This document shows positions 1 through 8,618 of a stretch of DNA of 64,000 nt, piece after piece. The stretch's first letter is position 1; every line of letters starts with the position of its first letter. The DNA comes from a virus, in the IMG/VR virus record IMGVR_UViG_2775507252_000002, positions 6,792 to 70,791 of that record. One strand, given 5' to 3'. A model generated the notes under the pieces. That model had not been told where the DNA came from. It saw only the letters and a list, made by a program, of their open reading frames with translations, and did not search any database. The translations under genes and the position numbers were made by a program.

Positions 1-1
1 G

Positions 2-61
2 AAACGCCACGTTTACGCCTCCACATCCGAACGTGTGCCGGTGAAAGGAGGTCAGTCATGA
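2..61 (+). CDS. 3' end of AlpA/excisionase-like HTH protein (partial)
   Basis: Frame reads KRHVYASTSERVPVKGGQS*; STSER matches the end of 50012..50287 in the same syntenic position. Confidence 0.6.
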   Translation, partial: KRHVYASTSERVPVKGGQS

Positions 62-540
62 AAGAACTGACTCTCTACCCCGCCGACCTCGCGGCCATGA
101 GCACTGCCCAGCTGGCGGCGCTACCGATCAGCGATTTCGTCGCTGCCGAGCGCAATGTCGACGAGGCCGTCGCTTACCTCAAACAACTGCGCACCAAGCT
201 GGATGCCGCCAAGCTCCAGCGTTACGGCGAGCAGGCCCGTTCTGCACTGCGCGACTCTGGCCGCGACTTCGGCACTGTCCATGTCAGGGACGGTGCGCTG
301 CACATCAAGTACGAGCTTCCCAAGAAGGTGACCTGGAATCAGGGCATCCTCAAGGAGATGGCCGAGCGCATCGTCGCTTCGGGCGACAAGGTCGAGGATT
401 ACATCGACGTCAAGTTGTCGGTGTCTGAGTCGCGCTACACCAACTGGCCCTCGGCCCTGCAGCAGCAGTTCGCTGCCGCCCGCACGGTCGAGGAAGGCAA
501 GCCGAGCATCACCCTGACGCTCGATGGGGGTGCGGCATGA
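58..540 (+). CDS. Conserved phage early protein, unknown function
   Basis: GGAGG RBS; clear paralog at 50299..50778. Confidence 0.85.
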   Translation: MKELTLYPADLAAMSTAQLAALPISDFVAAERNVDEAVAYLKQLRTKLDAAKLQRYGEQARSALRDSGRDFGTVHVRDGALHIKYELPKKVTWNQGILKEMAERIVASGDKVEDYIDVKLSVSESRYTNWPSALQQQFAAARTVEEGKPSITLTLDGGAA

Positions 541-1442
541 AAACAAGCGCAGCGCAGTTTCGTGAGCCGCAGGCGAAAGGTGGCGAAGCCACCAGCAAAA
601 AGCTCCCCATCGTGTCCGCCATCGAGCGGATGGCCGAGCGCAAGGGCGTCAAGCTGCTGATGCTGGGTAAGTCCGGCATCGGCAAGACCACGCGGCTTAA
701 AGACCTCGACCCGGCGACCACGCTGTTCCTAGACATCGAGGCGGGCGACCTGGCCGTAGCCGACTGGCCGGGCGACACCATCCGCCCAGCCTCCTGGCCG
801 GAGACCCGCGACTTCTTCGTGTTCCTCGCGGGTCCGGACAAGTCGCTGCCGTCGGAGGCTGCGTTCTCGCAGGCGCACTACGACCACGTCGTCGAGAAGT
901 TTGGCGACCCGGCGCAACTCGACCGCTACCAGACCTTCTTCCTCGACTCGATCACCCAGTTGTCCCGCCAGTGCTTCGCGTGGTGCAAGACGCAGCCGGG
1001 TGCCGTCAGCGAGCGATCCGGCAAGTCCGACCTGCGTGCGGCCTATGGCCTGCTCGGCCAGGAAATGATCAGCGCGCTGACCCACCTGCAGCACGCTAGG
1101 GGCAAGAACGTGGTGTTCGTGGCGATCCTCGACGAGCGCCTTGATGACTACAACCGCAAGGTGTTCGTGCCGCAGATCGAGGGCAGCAAGACCAGTCTGG
1201 AGCTGCCCGGCATCGTCGACGAGGTCGTGACGCTGGCTGAGATCAAGGCCGAGGACGGCAGTAGCTACCGCGCTTTCGTCACCCACACCGTCAATCCCTA
1301 CGGCTTTCCGGCCAAAGACCGCAGCGGTCGCCTCGACCTGCTGGAGCCACCACATCTCGGCGCGCTGATCGCCAAGTGCGCAGGCGCAACCGTCGCGCCT
1401 GCCAGCGCCGTCCCCCCCGAACACATCGAATCCCAGGAGTAA
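537..1442 (+). CDS. AAA_24 / Sak4-like phage ATPase (recombination)
   Basis: Walker A GKSGIGKT, FFLDSIT Walker B, PAKDRSG C-terminal motif; paralog at 51820. Confidence 0.85.
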   Translation: MKTSAAQFREPQAKGGEATSKKLPIVSAIERMAERKGVKLLMLGKSGIGKTTRLKDLDPATTLFLDIEAGDLAVADWPGDTIRPASWPETRDFFVFLAGPDKSLPSEAAFSQAHYDHVVEKFGDPAQLDRYQTFFLDSITQLSRQCFAWCKTQPGAVSERSGKSDLRAAYGLLGQEMISALTHLQHARGKNVVFVAILDERLDDYNRKVFVPQIEGSKTSLELPGIVDEVVTLAEIKAEDGSSYRAFVTHTVNPYGFPAKDRSGRLDLLEPPHLGALIAKCAGATVAPASAVPPEHIESQE

Positions 1443-1447
1443 TCGCA

Positions 1448-2071
1448 ATGACCGCATGGACTGACTTCAACGATGCCGAAGCCCAGCAATCCGGCTTCGA
1501 TCTGATTCCCAGGGGCACCGTCGTCCCGGTGCGCATGACCCTCAAGCCCGGTGGCTACGACGACCCGTCGCAGGGCTGGGGCGGCGGCTACGCCACCGAG
1601 TCCTTCGAGACCGGTTCCATCTATCTCGCCGCCGAATTCGTGGTCACCTCGGGCGAGTACGCGAAGCGCAAGATGTGGTCGAACATCGGCCTCTACTCCA
1701 AGAAGGGCCCCACCTGGGGCCAGATGGGGCGCAGCTTCATCCGCGCGGCCCTCAACAGCGCCCGCAATGTTCACCCGCAGGACAACAGCCCGCAGGCCGC
1801 CGCCGCGCGCCGCATCCAGGGGTTCCACGAACTGGATGGTCTGGAGTTCATCGCCCGCGTGGACATCGAGAAGGATGCCAAGGGCCAGGACCGCAACGTG
1901 GTCAGGATCGCGGTCGAACCCGACCACCCCGACTACGCCAAGTTGATGGGCGTGCCGCCCAAGACTTCCGGTGGTGGCACTTCCGGCGCTCCGGTGCAGG
2001 CTGCGCCCACCTATGCGGCCCCGGCCCCGCAGCGAGCGTCGGTGACGGGCAAACCGTCCTGGGCGCAGTGA
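1448..2071 (+). CDS. Probable phage single-stranded DNA-binding protein
   Basis: GGAG RBS, follows Sak4-like gene, low-complexity tail ending KPSWAQ; paralog at 52683. Confidence 0.65.
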   Translation: MTAWTDFNDAEAQQSGFDLIPRGTVVPVRMTLKPGGYDDPSQGWGGGYATESFETGSIYLAAEFVVTSGEYAKRKMWSNIGLYSKKGPTWGQMGRSFIRAALNSARNVHPQDNSPQAAAARRIQGFHELDGLEFIARVDIEKDAKGQDRNVVRIAVEPDHPDYAKLMGVPPKTSGGGTSGAPVQAAPTYAAPAPQRASVTGKPSWAQ

Positions 2072-2083
2072 GGGGGGGCGACC

Positions 2084-2938
2084 ATGAACGCATCCATGCT
2101 CACTGCCAGCCACTACGGCGTTGTGCATTTCGGCGATCTCGGCTGCGAGGCGGTCGTGCTCACCACCGGTGAGCGCGGCTACGTCCGCAAAGAACTGGCC
2201 AAGCTTCTCGGCTTCCACGAATCGCACAAGGGTGGCCGTTTTGCCCGCTTTCTCGCCGAAATCGCGCCTAACTCATTGTCGTTATTGGAGAAATCATCTG
2301 GGCCGATTTTGCTGCCATCGGGGCGGCAGGCGCAGTTCTTTCCCGCCGGAATCATTGCCGACGTCGCATCGGCGGTCGTCAACGCCGCCATCAACGGTAC
2401 GTTGCACAAGGCCCGCCAGGGCATCGTGCCCAACTGCATGAAGATCATGCGGGCGCTGGCCACCACCGGCGAGGTCGCGCTCATCGACGAGGCCACCGGC
2501 TATCAGTACCACCGCGCCCCCGACGCGCTGCAGGAGTTGATCTCCAAGCTGCTGCGCCAGTCCTGCGCCTCGTGGGAGCGCCGCTTCCACCCAGACTACT
2601 ACCGCGCCATCTACCGCTTGTTCGGCTGGAAGTACCAGGGGCACGACCAGAACCCTCCGCACGTTGTCGGTCAGATCACGCTGCGCTGGGTCTATGGGCC
2701 GGTGCTCCCGGAGGACTTGCTGGGCGAGATTCGCAACCGCAAGGGCATCTCGCAAAAGCACCACCAGTGGCTGTCCGATCAGGGGCTCGCGCATCTGGAA
2801 TCGCAGATTCACGCGGTCACCGCGATTGCGCGCAGCTCGACGAGCTACCCCGACTTCAAGCGCCGCTGCGAAGCCGCCTTTGCGGGCGCTGCCCTGCAGT
2901 TGGGCCTGCTGCTCGATGAACTCGAGGAGGTGGCGTGA
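2084..2938 (+). CDS. P63C-domain phage protein
   Basis: ALIDEATGYQ, WERRF and KHHQWL motifs typical of P63C; absent from prophage 2. Confidence 0.75.
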   Translation: MNASMLTASHYGVVHFGDLGCEAVVLTTGERGYVRKELAKLLGFHESHKGGRFARFLAEIAPNSLSLLEKSSGPILLPSGRQAQFFPAGIIADVASAVVNAAINGTLHKARQGIVPNCMKIMRALATTGEVALIDEATGYQYHRAPDALQELISKLLRQSCASWERRFHPDYYRAIYRLFGWKYQGHDQNPPHVVGQITLRWVYGPVLPEDLLGEIRNRKGISQKHHQWLSDQGLAHLESQIHAVTAIARSSTSYPDFKRRCEAAFAGAALQLGLLLDELEEVA

Positions 2939-3435
2939 AATGCTGGATCTGCAAACGACAGGCCCGGGGCTACGGCCACACCGACAACCGGCACGGAGTC
3001 GGCGATCCCCGGCGCTATCCCATCGACTGGGTGTTCTGCTCGCGGCGTTGCCAGGAGGCGTTCCACGCGCTGTACGGCAACTGGCTGCGGGTACGGGAAG
3101 GACACACCGACATCAAGGGGGTCGCCATGATCGATCCGTCTGATGTCGAGCTGGCCGCGATGAAGCAGTGCCTCAAGGCCTTCGGCGAGGCGGCGGGCGA
3201 GATCGGCTTTGCCAAGCCGCTGGGCGAGTACTCCGAGGCCGAGGCGCTGCGGGTGATCGACGCCATCGTGCCCCGCTACACGGAGGCGATGGTCGCGCAC
3301 CACGAGGTGAGCAAGTCCCCGCCGGTGCGCGGCTTGCCGCCCACGCCCGATCCGCTGGCCCCCGATGCCGTCCATCCGTTCGCAGATCTGGAGGACGACC
3401 TGCCTTGGGACGAGCCGAAGGGGAAGAAGCCATGA
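2935..3435 (+). CDS. Zn-finger (CxxC...FCSxxC) phage protein, DUF6511-like
   Basis: GTG start overlapping upstream stop; paralog at 53334. Confidence 0.75.
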   Translation: MKCWICKRQARGYGHTDNRHGVGDPRRYPIDWVFCSRRCQEAFHALYGNWLRVREGHTDIKGVAMIDPSDVELAAMKQCLKAFGEAAGEIGFAKPLGEYSEAEALRVIDAIVPRYTEAMVAHHEVSKSPPVRGLPPTPDPLAPDAVHPFADLEDDLPWDEPKGKKP

Positions 3436-4166
3436 TCGACTTCAATTCCTCCTCGAGCATCTCTGGGCAGGTCACGGCGCTGATCGACGCCGCGATGCAA
3501 CAGGCGCGCGACCGGCAGGCTGAACGCCAGTACCTTGGTGCCTCGCGTCTCGGCGTGGCTTGCGAGCGCGCGCTGCAGTACGAGTACGCCAAGGCACCGG
3601 TCGACCCCGGCCGCGACACCGAAGGCCGGATGTTGCGGATCTTCCAGCGCGGCCACGTCATGGAGGACTGCATGGTCGCGTGGCTGCGGGACGCGGGCTT
3701 CGACCTGCGTACCCGCAAGGCCGACGGCCAGCAGTTCGGCTTTTCCGTGGCCGACGGCCGTCTGCAGGGTCACATCGATGGCGTCATCGTCGGTGGCCCA
3801 GTGGGCTTCGCCTATCCCGCGCTCTGGGAAAACAAGTGCCTCGGCTCGAAGTCCTGGCGCGAGCTGGAGAAAAACCGGCTCGCCGTGGCCAAGCCGATCT
3901 ACGCCGCGCAAGTGGCGATCTACCAGGCCTATCTCGAACTGCACGAGCACCCGGCGATCTTCACGGCGCTGAACGCCGACACGATGGAGATCTACACCGA
4001 GCTCGTGCCCTTTGACGCGGCGCTTGCCCAGCGCATGTCGGACCGGGCGGTGAAGGTCATTACGGCGACTGAGGCAGGCGAGCTTCTGCCACGCGCCTTC
4101 CATGAGCCGACCCACTTCGAATGCCGGATGTGTGCGTGGCAAGACCGCTGCTGGAGGACGACATGA
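3432..4166 (+). CDS. PD-(D/E)XK Cas4-like exonuclease
   Basis: GHIDG, WENK, QVAIY, C-terminal CRMCAWQDRC. Confidence 0.85.
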   Translation: MIDFNSSSSISGQVTALIDAAMQQARDRQAERQYLGASRLGVACERALQYEYAKAPVDPGRDTEGRMLRIFQRGHVMEDCMVAWLRDAGFDLRTRKADGQQFGFSVADGRLQGHIDGVIVGGPVGFAYPALWENKCLGSKSWRELEKNRLAVAKPIYAAQVAIYQAYLELHEHPAIFTALNADTMEIYTELVPFDAALAQRMSDRAVKVITATEAGELLPRAFHEPTHFECRMCAWQDRCWRTT

Positions 4167-4375
4167 ACCATCCCCAATCACAAGTACCAGCGGCGGAACC
4201 GATGATGGGGGCGCGCCACGTTGCCCGTCTGCTCAATCTTCCGCTGTATTACTTCACCAAGCCTCGGTGCCGCGTCTCGAAGCGCATTCCTCACTACCGG
4301 ATAGGCCAGATGGTTCGCTTCCGGATGTCGGAGCTCAGCGCATGGGCAATCACGCAAGGAGGCGCACATGAGTGA
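4163..4375 (+). CDS. Small excisionase/MerR-like HTH protein
   Basis: [17 protein letters not shown] motif; paralog at 54544. Confidence 0.7.
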   Translation: MNHPQSQVPAAEPMMGARHVARLLNLPLYYFTKPRCRVSKRIPHYRIGQMVRFRMSELSAWAITQGGAHE

Positions 4376-4964
4376 CTACCGTGTTCGCATTTCCGTACGC
4401 AATGCCCGTCTGCTGCGTGCCATCGAGCGTGCGGGCCACAGGCCAGGCGCGCCTTTCGCAGCTGCCGTCGGCATCAGCTACTACGGGGCATTATTGCCGT
4501 ACATCAATCTCACGCGCTCACCATTGACACCGGACGGGCTATTGCGTGAATGCGCGTGGGCCTTGTGCGATTTCCTGAACGCATCGCCCTCCGATCTTTG
4601 GTCGGACGCTCAACTTCAGCCACTGGCGAAGAATCATTCCAGCATCGATCTGGATGCAGACAGCATGCAGGCACTGGCCGGTGGAGGGGCGTCAGCCGAT
4701 CCTTTGCGACTGGCCAGCCATGCGCAGGCAAGCCGCATCATTCAGGATGCTCTTGACTCGCTGACGCCGCGTGAAGCCAGCGTGATTCGCGAGCGCTTTT
4801 TCTCTGATTCCTCGCTGGATGAGATCGCCGAGAAGATGGAAGTCACGCGCGAGCGCGTCCGTCAAATCGAAGCAAAGGCCTTGCGCAAGTTGCGCCACAA
4901 GTCTCGCATCCCGCAGGAGCTGGCCGGCATCGCCGATGTGATCGGAGGTGCCGCCGATGCTTGA
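4368..4964 (+). CDS. Protein with C-terminal sigma-70 region-4 HTH
   Basis: LTPRE...[29 protein letters not shown] resembles RpoD region 4. Confidence 0.8.
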   Translation: MSDYRVRISVRNARLLRAIERAGHRPGAPFAAAVGISYYGALLPYINLTRSPLTPDGLLRECAWALCDFLNASPSDLWSDAQLQPLAKNHSSIDLDADSMQALAGGGASADPLRLASHAQASRIIQDALDSLTPREASVIRERFFSDSSLDEIAEKMEVTRERVRQIEAKALRKLRHKSRIPQELAGIADVIGGAADA

Positions 4965-7251
4965 CTTCAACGACACCCAATTAACCGTCGAACCCCGGCG
5001 CGTCCTTAATGACAGGGAACGCGAGGAACTACGGGTCGGGCTGATTGCAGGCCTTTCCTCGGTGCTGGCCACGCTGTTTCCAGCAGGCAAGAGACGTCGT
5101 GGCAAGTTCCTAATCGGCGACGTGCTGGGCAGCCCCGGCGACAGCCTGGAGATCGTGCTCGACGGCGAGAAGGCTGGCCTCTGGACGGATCGCGCCACTG
5201 GCGATGGTGGCGATATCTTCGACCTGATCGCCGCGCACCTCGGTATCGACGTGCTGAGCGACTTTCCGCGTGTGCTCGACGAGGCTTCCGATCTGCTCGG
5301 ACGCTCGCGCTCCGCACCAGTACGCAAGGCCAGCAAGAAGGGCATGCCGGTCGATGAACTCGGCCCCGCCACCGCCAAGTGGGACTACCTGGATGCGGCA
5401 GGCAGGCTGATCGCCGTCGTCTACCGCTACGACCCGCCCGGTCAGAAGAAGCAGTTCCGGCCCTGGGACGCGCGCCGCCGCAAGATGACCCCGCCCGAGC
5501 CGCGCCCGCTCTACAACCAGCCCGGGATGATCAGTGCCGCGCAGGTCGTGCTGGTCGAAGGCGAGAAATGCGCGCAGGCGCTGATCGACGCGGGCTTCGT
5601 GGCCACCACCGCGATGCACGGCGCCAACGCCCCGGTGGACAAGACCGACTGGTCGCCGCTGGCGGGCAAAGCGGTGCTGATCTGGCCCGACCGCGACAAG
5701 CCGGGCTGGGAGTACGCGGTGCAGGCGGCGCAGGCCGTTCTGGCAGCGGGCGCGAAGTCCTGCCACATCCTCTACCCGCCCGAGGAGGCCGCCGAGGGCT
5801 GGGACGCGGCGGACGCCGTGGCCGAGGGCTTCGATGTCGCCACCTTCCTCACCCACGGCCCGCGCGTGCAGATGCACGACGTGGCCGATGCCGACGAGCC
5901 GGTGGTCAGCAGCGACGAGTCGGTGTGGGGCACGGAGGATGCGCTGGCACTGGCCTTCACCCGGCGCTATCACCGTGACTGGCGCTACGTGGCGGCATGG
6001 GGGCGCTGGCTGGTGTGGGATGGGCGGCGCTGGCGTCACGAGGAGACGCTGGCGGCCACCGACTTGATCCGCAGTGTGTGCCGCCAGATGGCAGTGCGCG
6101 CCGACAACCCCAAAGTGGCCGCCAAGCTCGCCACCTCCGGCACCGTGAGCGGGGTGGAACGCTTGGCCCGCTCGGATCGACGTCATGCCGCGACCACCGC
6201 CGAGTGGGACGCCGACCCTTGGCTGCTCAACACGCCGGGCGGGGTGGTCGACCTCAAGACGGGACGGATGCGCGCGCATGACCGTGCCGACCGGATGACC
6301 AAGATCACCGCAGCCACTCCGGGCGGCGACTGCCCGACGTGGAGGCAGTTCCTTGCCGAAGTGACCGGCGGGGATGCCGCGTTGCAGGCCTACCTGCAGC
6401 GCATGGCGGGCTATGCGCTGACCGGCTCGACGCAGGAGCACGCGCTGTTCTTCCTGTACGGCACGGGAGCCAACGGCAAGAGCGTGTTCGTCAACACCCT
6501 GGCCACCATCCTGGGCGACTACGCCACCAGTGCGCCGATGGACACCTTCATGGAAACGCGCAGCGACCGCCACCCGACCGATATGGCGGGCCTGCGCGGC
6601 GCGCGCTTTGTGGCAGCGATCGAGACCGAGCAGGGCCGGCGCTGGGCCGAGTCCAAGGTCAAGAGCCTCACCGGCGGCGACAAGATCTCGGCGCGCTTCA
6701 TGCGGCAGGACTTCTTCGAGTTCTTCCCGCAGTTCAAGTTGTTCGTGGCGGGCAACCACAAACCGGCGATTCGCAACATTGACGAGGCGATGAAGCGGCG
6801 ACTGCACCTGATCCCCTTCACGATCACGGTGCCGCCCGAGCGCCGCGACAAGCATCTCCAGCAGAAGCTGCTGGCCGAGCGCGACGGCATCCTGGCCTGG
6901 GCGGTCGAAGGGTGCCTCGCCTGGCAGAGGCTGGGGCGGCTCGATCCGCCGCGCTGCGTGGGGGAAGCCACCGAGGAGTACTTCGAGGCCGAGGACGCGC
7001 TGGGACGCTGGCTCGATGAGCGCTGCGTGCGCGAGCCCAACGCCAAGTCGTTGACTGCCGAGCTGTTCAACGACTGGCGGCAGTGGGCCGAAGCCGCGGG
7101 CGAGTTTGTCGGCGCACAGCGACGCTTCTCCGATCTGCTGATCACGCGCGGGTTCGACAAATGGCGCAACGGCATGGGCGTGCGCGGGTTTCAAGGCATT
7201 GGCCTCAAGCACCCGCCGACCGCTTCCTACACCCCTTACGCGGACGACTAA
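4957..7251 (+). CDS. P4-family primase-helicase (TOPRIM + D5-like SF3 helicase)
   Basis: VEGEKCA and WPDRD TOPRIM motifs, Walker A GTGANGKS; paralog at 54764. Confidence 0.92.
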   Translation: MLDFNDTQLTVEPRRVLNDREREELRVGLIAGLSSVLATLFPAGKRRRGKFLIGDVLGSPGDSLEIVLDGEKAGLWTDRATGDGGDIFDLIAAHLGIDVLSDFPRVLDEASDLLGRSRSAPVRKASKKGMPVDELGPATAKWDYLDAAGRLIAVVYRYDPPGQKKQFRPWDARRRKMTPPEPRPLYNQPGMISAAQVVLVEGEKCAQALIDAGFVATTAMHGANAPVDKTDWSPLAGKAVLIWPDRDKPGWEYAVQAAQAVLAAGAKSCHILYPPEEAAEGWDAADAVAEGFDVATFLTHGPRVQMHDVADADEPVVSSDESVWGTEDALALAFTRRYHRDWRYVAAWGRWLVWDGRRWRHEETLAATDLIRSVCRQMAVRADNPKVAAKLATSGTVSGVERLARSDRRHAATTAEWDADPWLLNTPGGVVDLKTGRMRAHDRADRMTKITAATPGGDCPTWRQFLAEVTGGDAALQAYLQRMAGYALTGSTQEHALFFLYGTGANGKSVFVNTLATILGDYATSAPMDTFMETRSDRHPTDMAGLRGARFVAAIETEQGRRWAESKVKSLTGGDKISARFMRQDFFEFFPQFKLFVAGNHKPAIRNIDEAMKRRLHLIPFTITVPPERRDKHLQQKLLAERDGILAWAVEGCLAWQRLGRLDPPRCVGEATEEYFEAEDALGRWLDERCVREPNAKSLTAELFNDWRQWAEAAGEFVGAQRRFSDLLITRGFDKWRNGMGVRGFQGIGLKHPPTASYTPYADD

Positions 7252-7267
7252 CCCATGAAAACCATCC

Positions 7268-7368
7268 GGTCTGACGCAGCTGACGCAGTTTGTCGTAACT
7301 CCTACGCGCGCGTGCGTGCGCGCGCCTCATGGAGGGTTTCGATAGTCCGTGTCAGCTGCGTCAGATCC
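7268..7368. other. Candidate replication origin of prophage 1
   Basis: Perfect 15-bp inverted repeat TCTGACGCAGCTGAC (7270-7284 / 7351-7365) around a CG/TG-alternating tract, directly after the primase. Confidence 0.5.
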
Positions 7369-7390
7369 GCACCGGATAAGGACTGACACC

Positions 7391-7864
7391 ATGACCACCA
7401 CCATCCTCGCCCTCGATCTGGGATCCCAAACCGGCTGGGCGCTGCGCAGCGGCGACGGCCAGATCACCAGTGGCAGCGAGAGCTTCCGGCCGCAGCGCTT
7501 CGAAGGCGGCGGCATGCGCTTTCTGCGCTTCAAACGCTGGCTCACCGAACTCAAGGGCCATGCGGACGGCATCGGCGCGCTGTATTTCGAGGAAGTGCGC
7601 CGCCACGTCTCGACCGATGCGGCGCACGCCTACGGCGGGTTCCTGGCCACGCTCACCGCCTGGTGTGAGCACCACGGCATCCCTTACCAGGGCGTGCCGG
7701 TGGGCACGATCAAGAAGCACGCCACGGGCAAGGGAAACGCCAGCAAAGACGAGATCATTGCGTCTGCTCGTGCTCGTGGCCATGCCCCAGCCGACGACAA
7801 CGAAGCTGACGCGCTGGCCCTCCTGTACTGGGCTGTCCACCACCACCTGGGACAGGAGGTGTGA
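7391..7864 (+). CDS. RuvC-like Holliday junction resolvase
   Basis: ILALDLG, FEEV, ATGKGNASK, DDNEADALA motifs. Confidence 0.85.
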   Translation: MTTTILALDLGSQTGWALRSGDGQITSGSESFRPQRFEGGGMRFLRFKRWLTELKGHADGIGALYFEEVRRHVSTDAAHAYGGFLATLTAWCEHHGIPYQGVPVGTIKKHATGKGNASKDEIIASARARGHAPADDNEADALALLYWAVHHHLGQEV

Positions 7865-7865
7865 C

Positions 7866-8288
7866 GTGGCCCGCAAGGACTGGACGGTTGAGGACGTGGC
7901 GGCGCGCTTCGAGGAGGCGGCAAACACCGGGCGGCGCCTGCCCCCGGTGCGCGTGCAGGGCTACTTCAACACCTGGCCGGCCTTCGTGCGCAAGGAGTGG
8001 GAGGCTTTCGCAGCAGACGAGAAGGTCTACCGCCCCTTTCCACCGAGCCCCGAGGCCATCGACCGGATGCTGGAGACGATGCGCTGGGTGCAGTGGCTGG
8101 AGGTCGAGCAGCGCCACCTGGTGTGGATGCGGGCCAAGCGCTACGGCTGGAGGGACATCACGATCCGCTTCGCCTGCGACCGCACCACCGCGTGGCGGCG
8201 CTGGCAGCGGGCGCTGCAGACGGTGGCTGACCAGCTCAACGATTGCACCGTCGCGGTATCGTCTTTGAACGCGAATGAGCGCAGATAG
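7866..8288 (+). CDS. DUF6362-like HTH protein, probable late-gene activator
   Basis: GGAGG RBS + GTG; C-terminal HTH-like segment; last gene before cos/late region; paralog at 57861. Confidence 0.65.
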   Translation: MARKDWTVEDVAARFEEAANTGRRLPPVRVQGYFNTWPAFVRKEWEAFAADEKVYRPFPPSPEAIDRMLETMRWVQWLEVEQRHLVWMRAKRYGWRDITIRFACDRTTAWRRWQRALQTVADQLNDCTVAVSSLNANERR

Positions 8289-8332
8289 GCTGTTATGCGC
8301 TGCCATCGGATACCTACAGCGGTTTTTGCCCC

Positions 8333-8364
8333 TGCAACAAACCACCCCGGTCGGGAGTAGTATT
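8333..8364 (+). promoter_or_regulatory. Candidate late promoter TGCAACAAA...TAGTAT
   Basis: Both boxes conserved with identical 25-bp offset at 58331-58362 while the flanks diverge. Confidence 0.5.
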
Positions 8365-8417
8365 TCCGCTATCTTCTGGACAGCGGTGACGGTTCGGCGC
8401 GCGGCCCGAGGCAAAAC

Positions 8418-8525
8418 GGGTCCTTCCTGCCGAAACCGCCATGCGGGGGGCGCGAGCGCGGCATCGCCCTAGCGTCAGGGCGAAAAACAGGTTACCACCC
8501 GGCCAGGTTACCGGCCCCGGTTACC
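8418..8525 (+). other. Candidate lambda-like cos site (cosQ-like GGGTCCT, cosN-like ATGCGGGGGGCGCGAGCGCG, three GGTTACC repeats)
   Basis: GGGTCCT equals lambda cosQ; 20-bp core identical in prophage 2. Confidence 0.6.
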
Positions 8526-8570
8526 ACCCCGAAGCGCGGCCACCGCGTCCCCCGAACGCGCACTCACACC

Positions 8571-8608
8571 ACCCGCCCGGCGGCAACGCCCGGCGGGTTT
8601 TGCTTTTG
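8571..8608 (+). terminator. Intrinsic terminator-like hairpin before the methyltransferases
   Basis: ACCCGCC...GGCGGGT followed by TTTGCTTTT; analogous hairpin at 58557-58596. Confidence 0.55.
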
Positions 8609-8618
8609 GACTTCTCCC

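Noticed and set aside
3432..4166. CRISPR-associated cas4
   Set aside because: Solo Cas4-like nuclease in a standard phage recombination module
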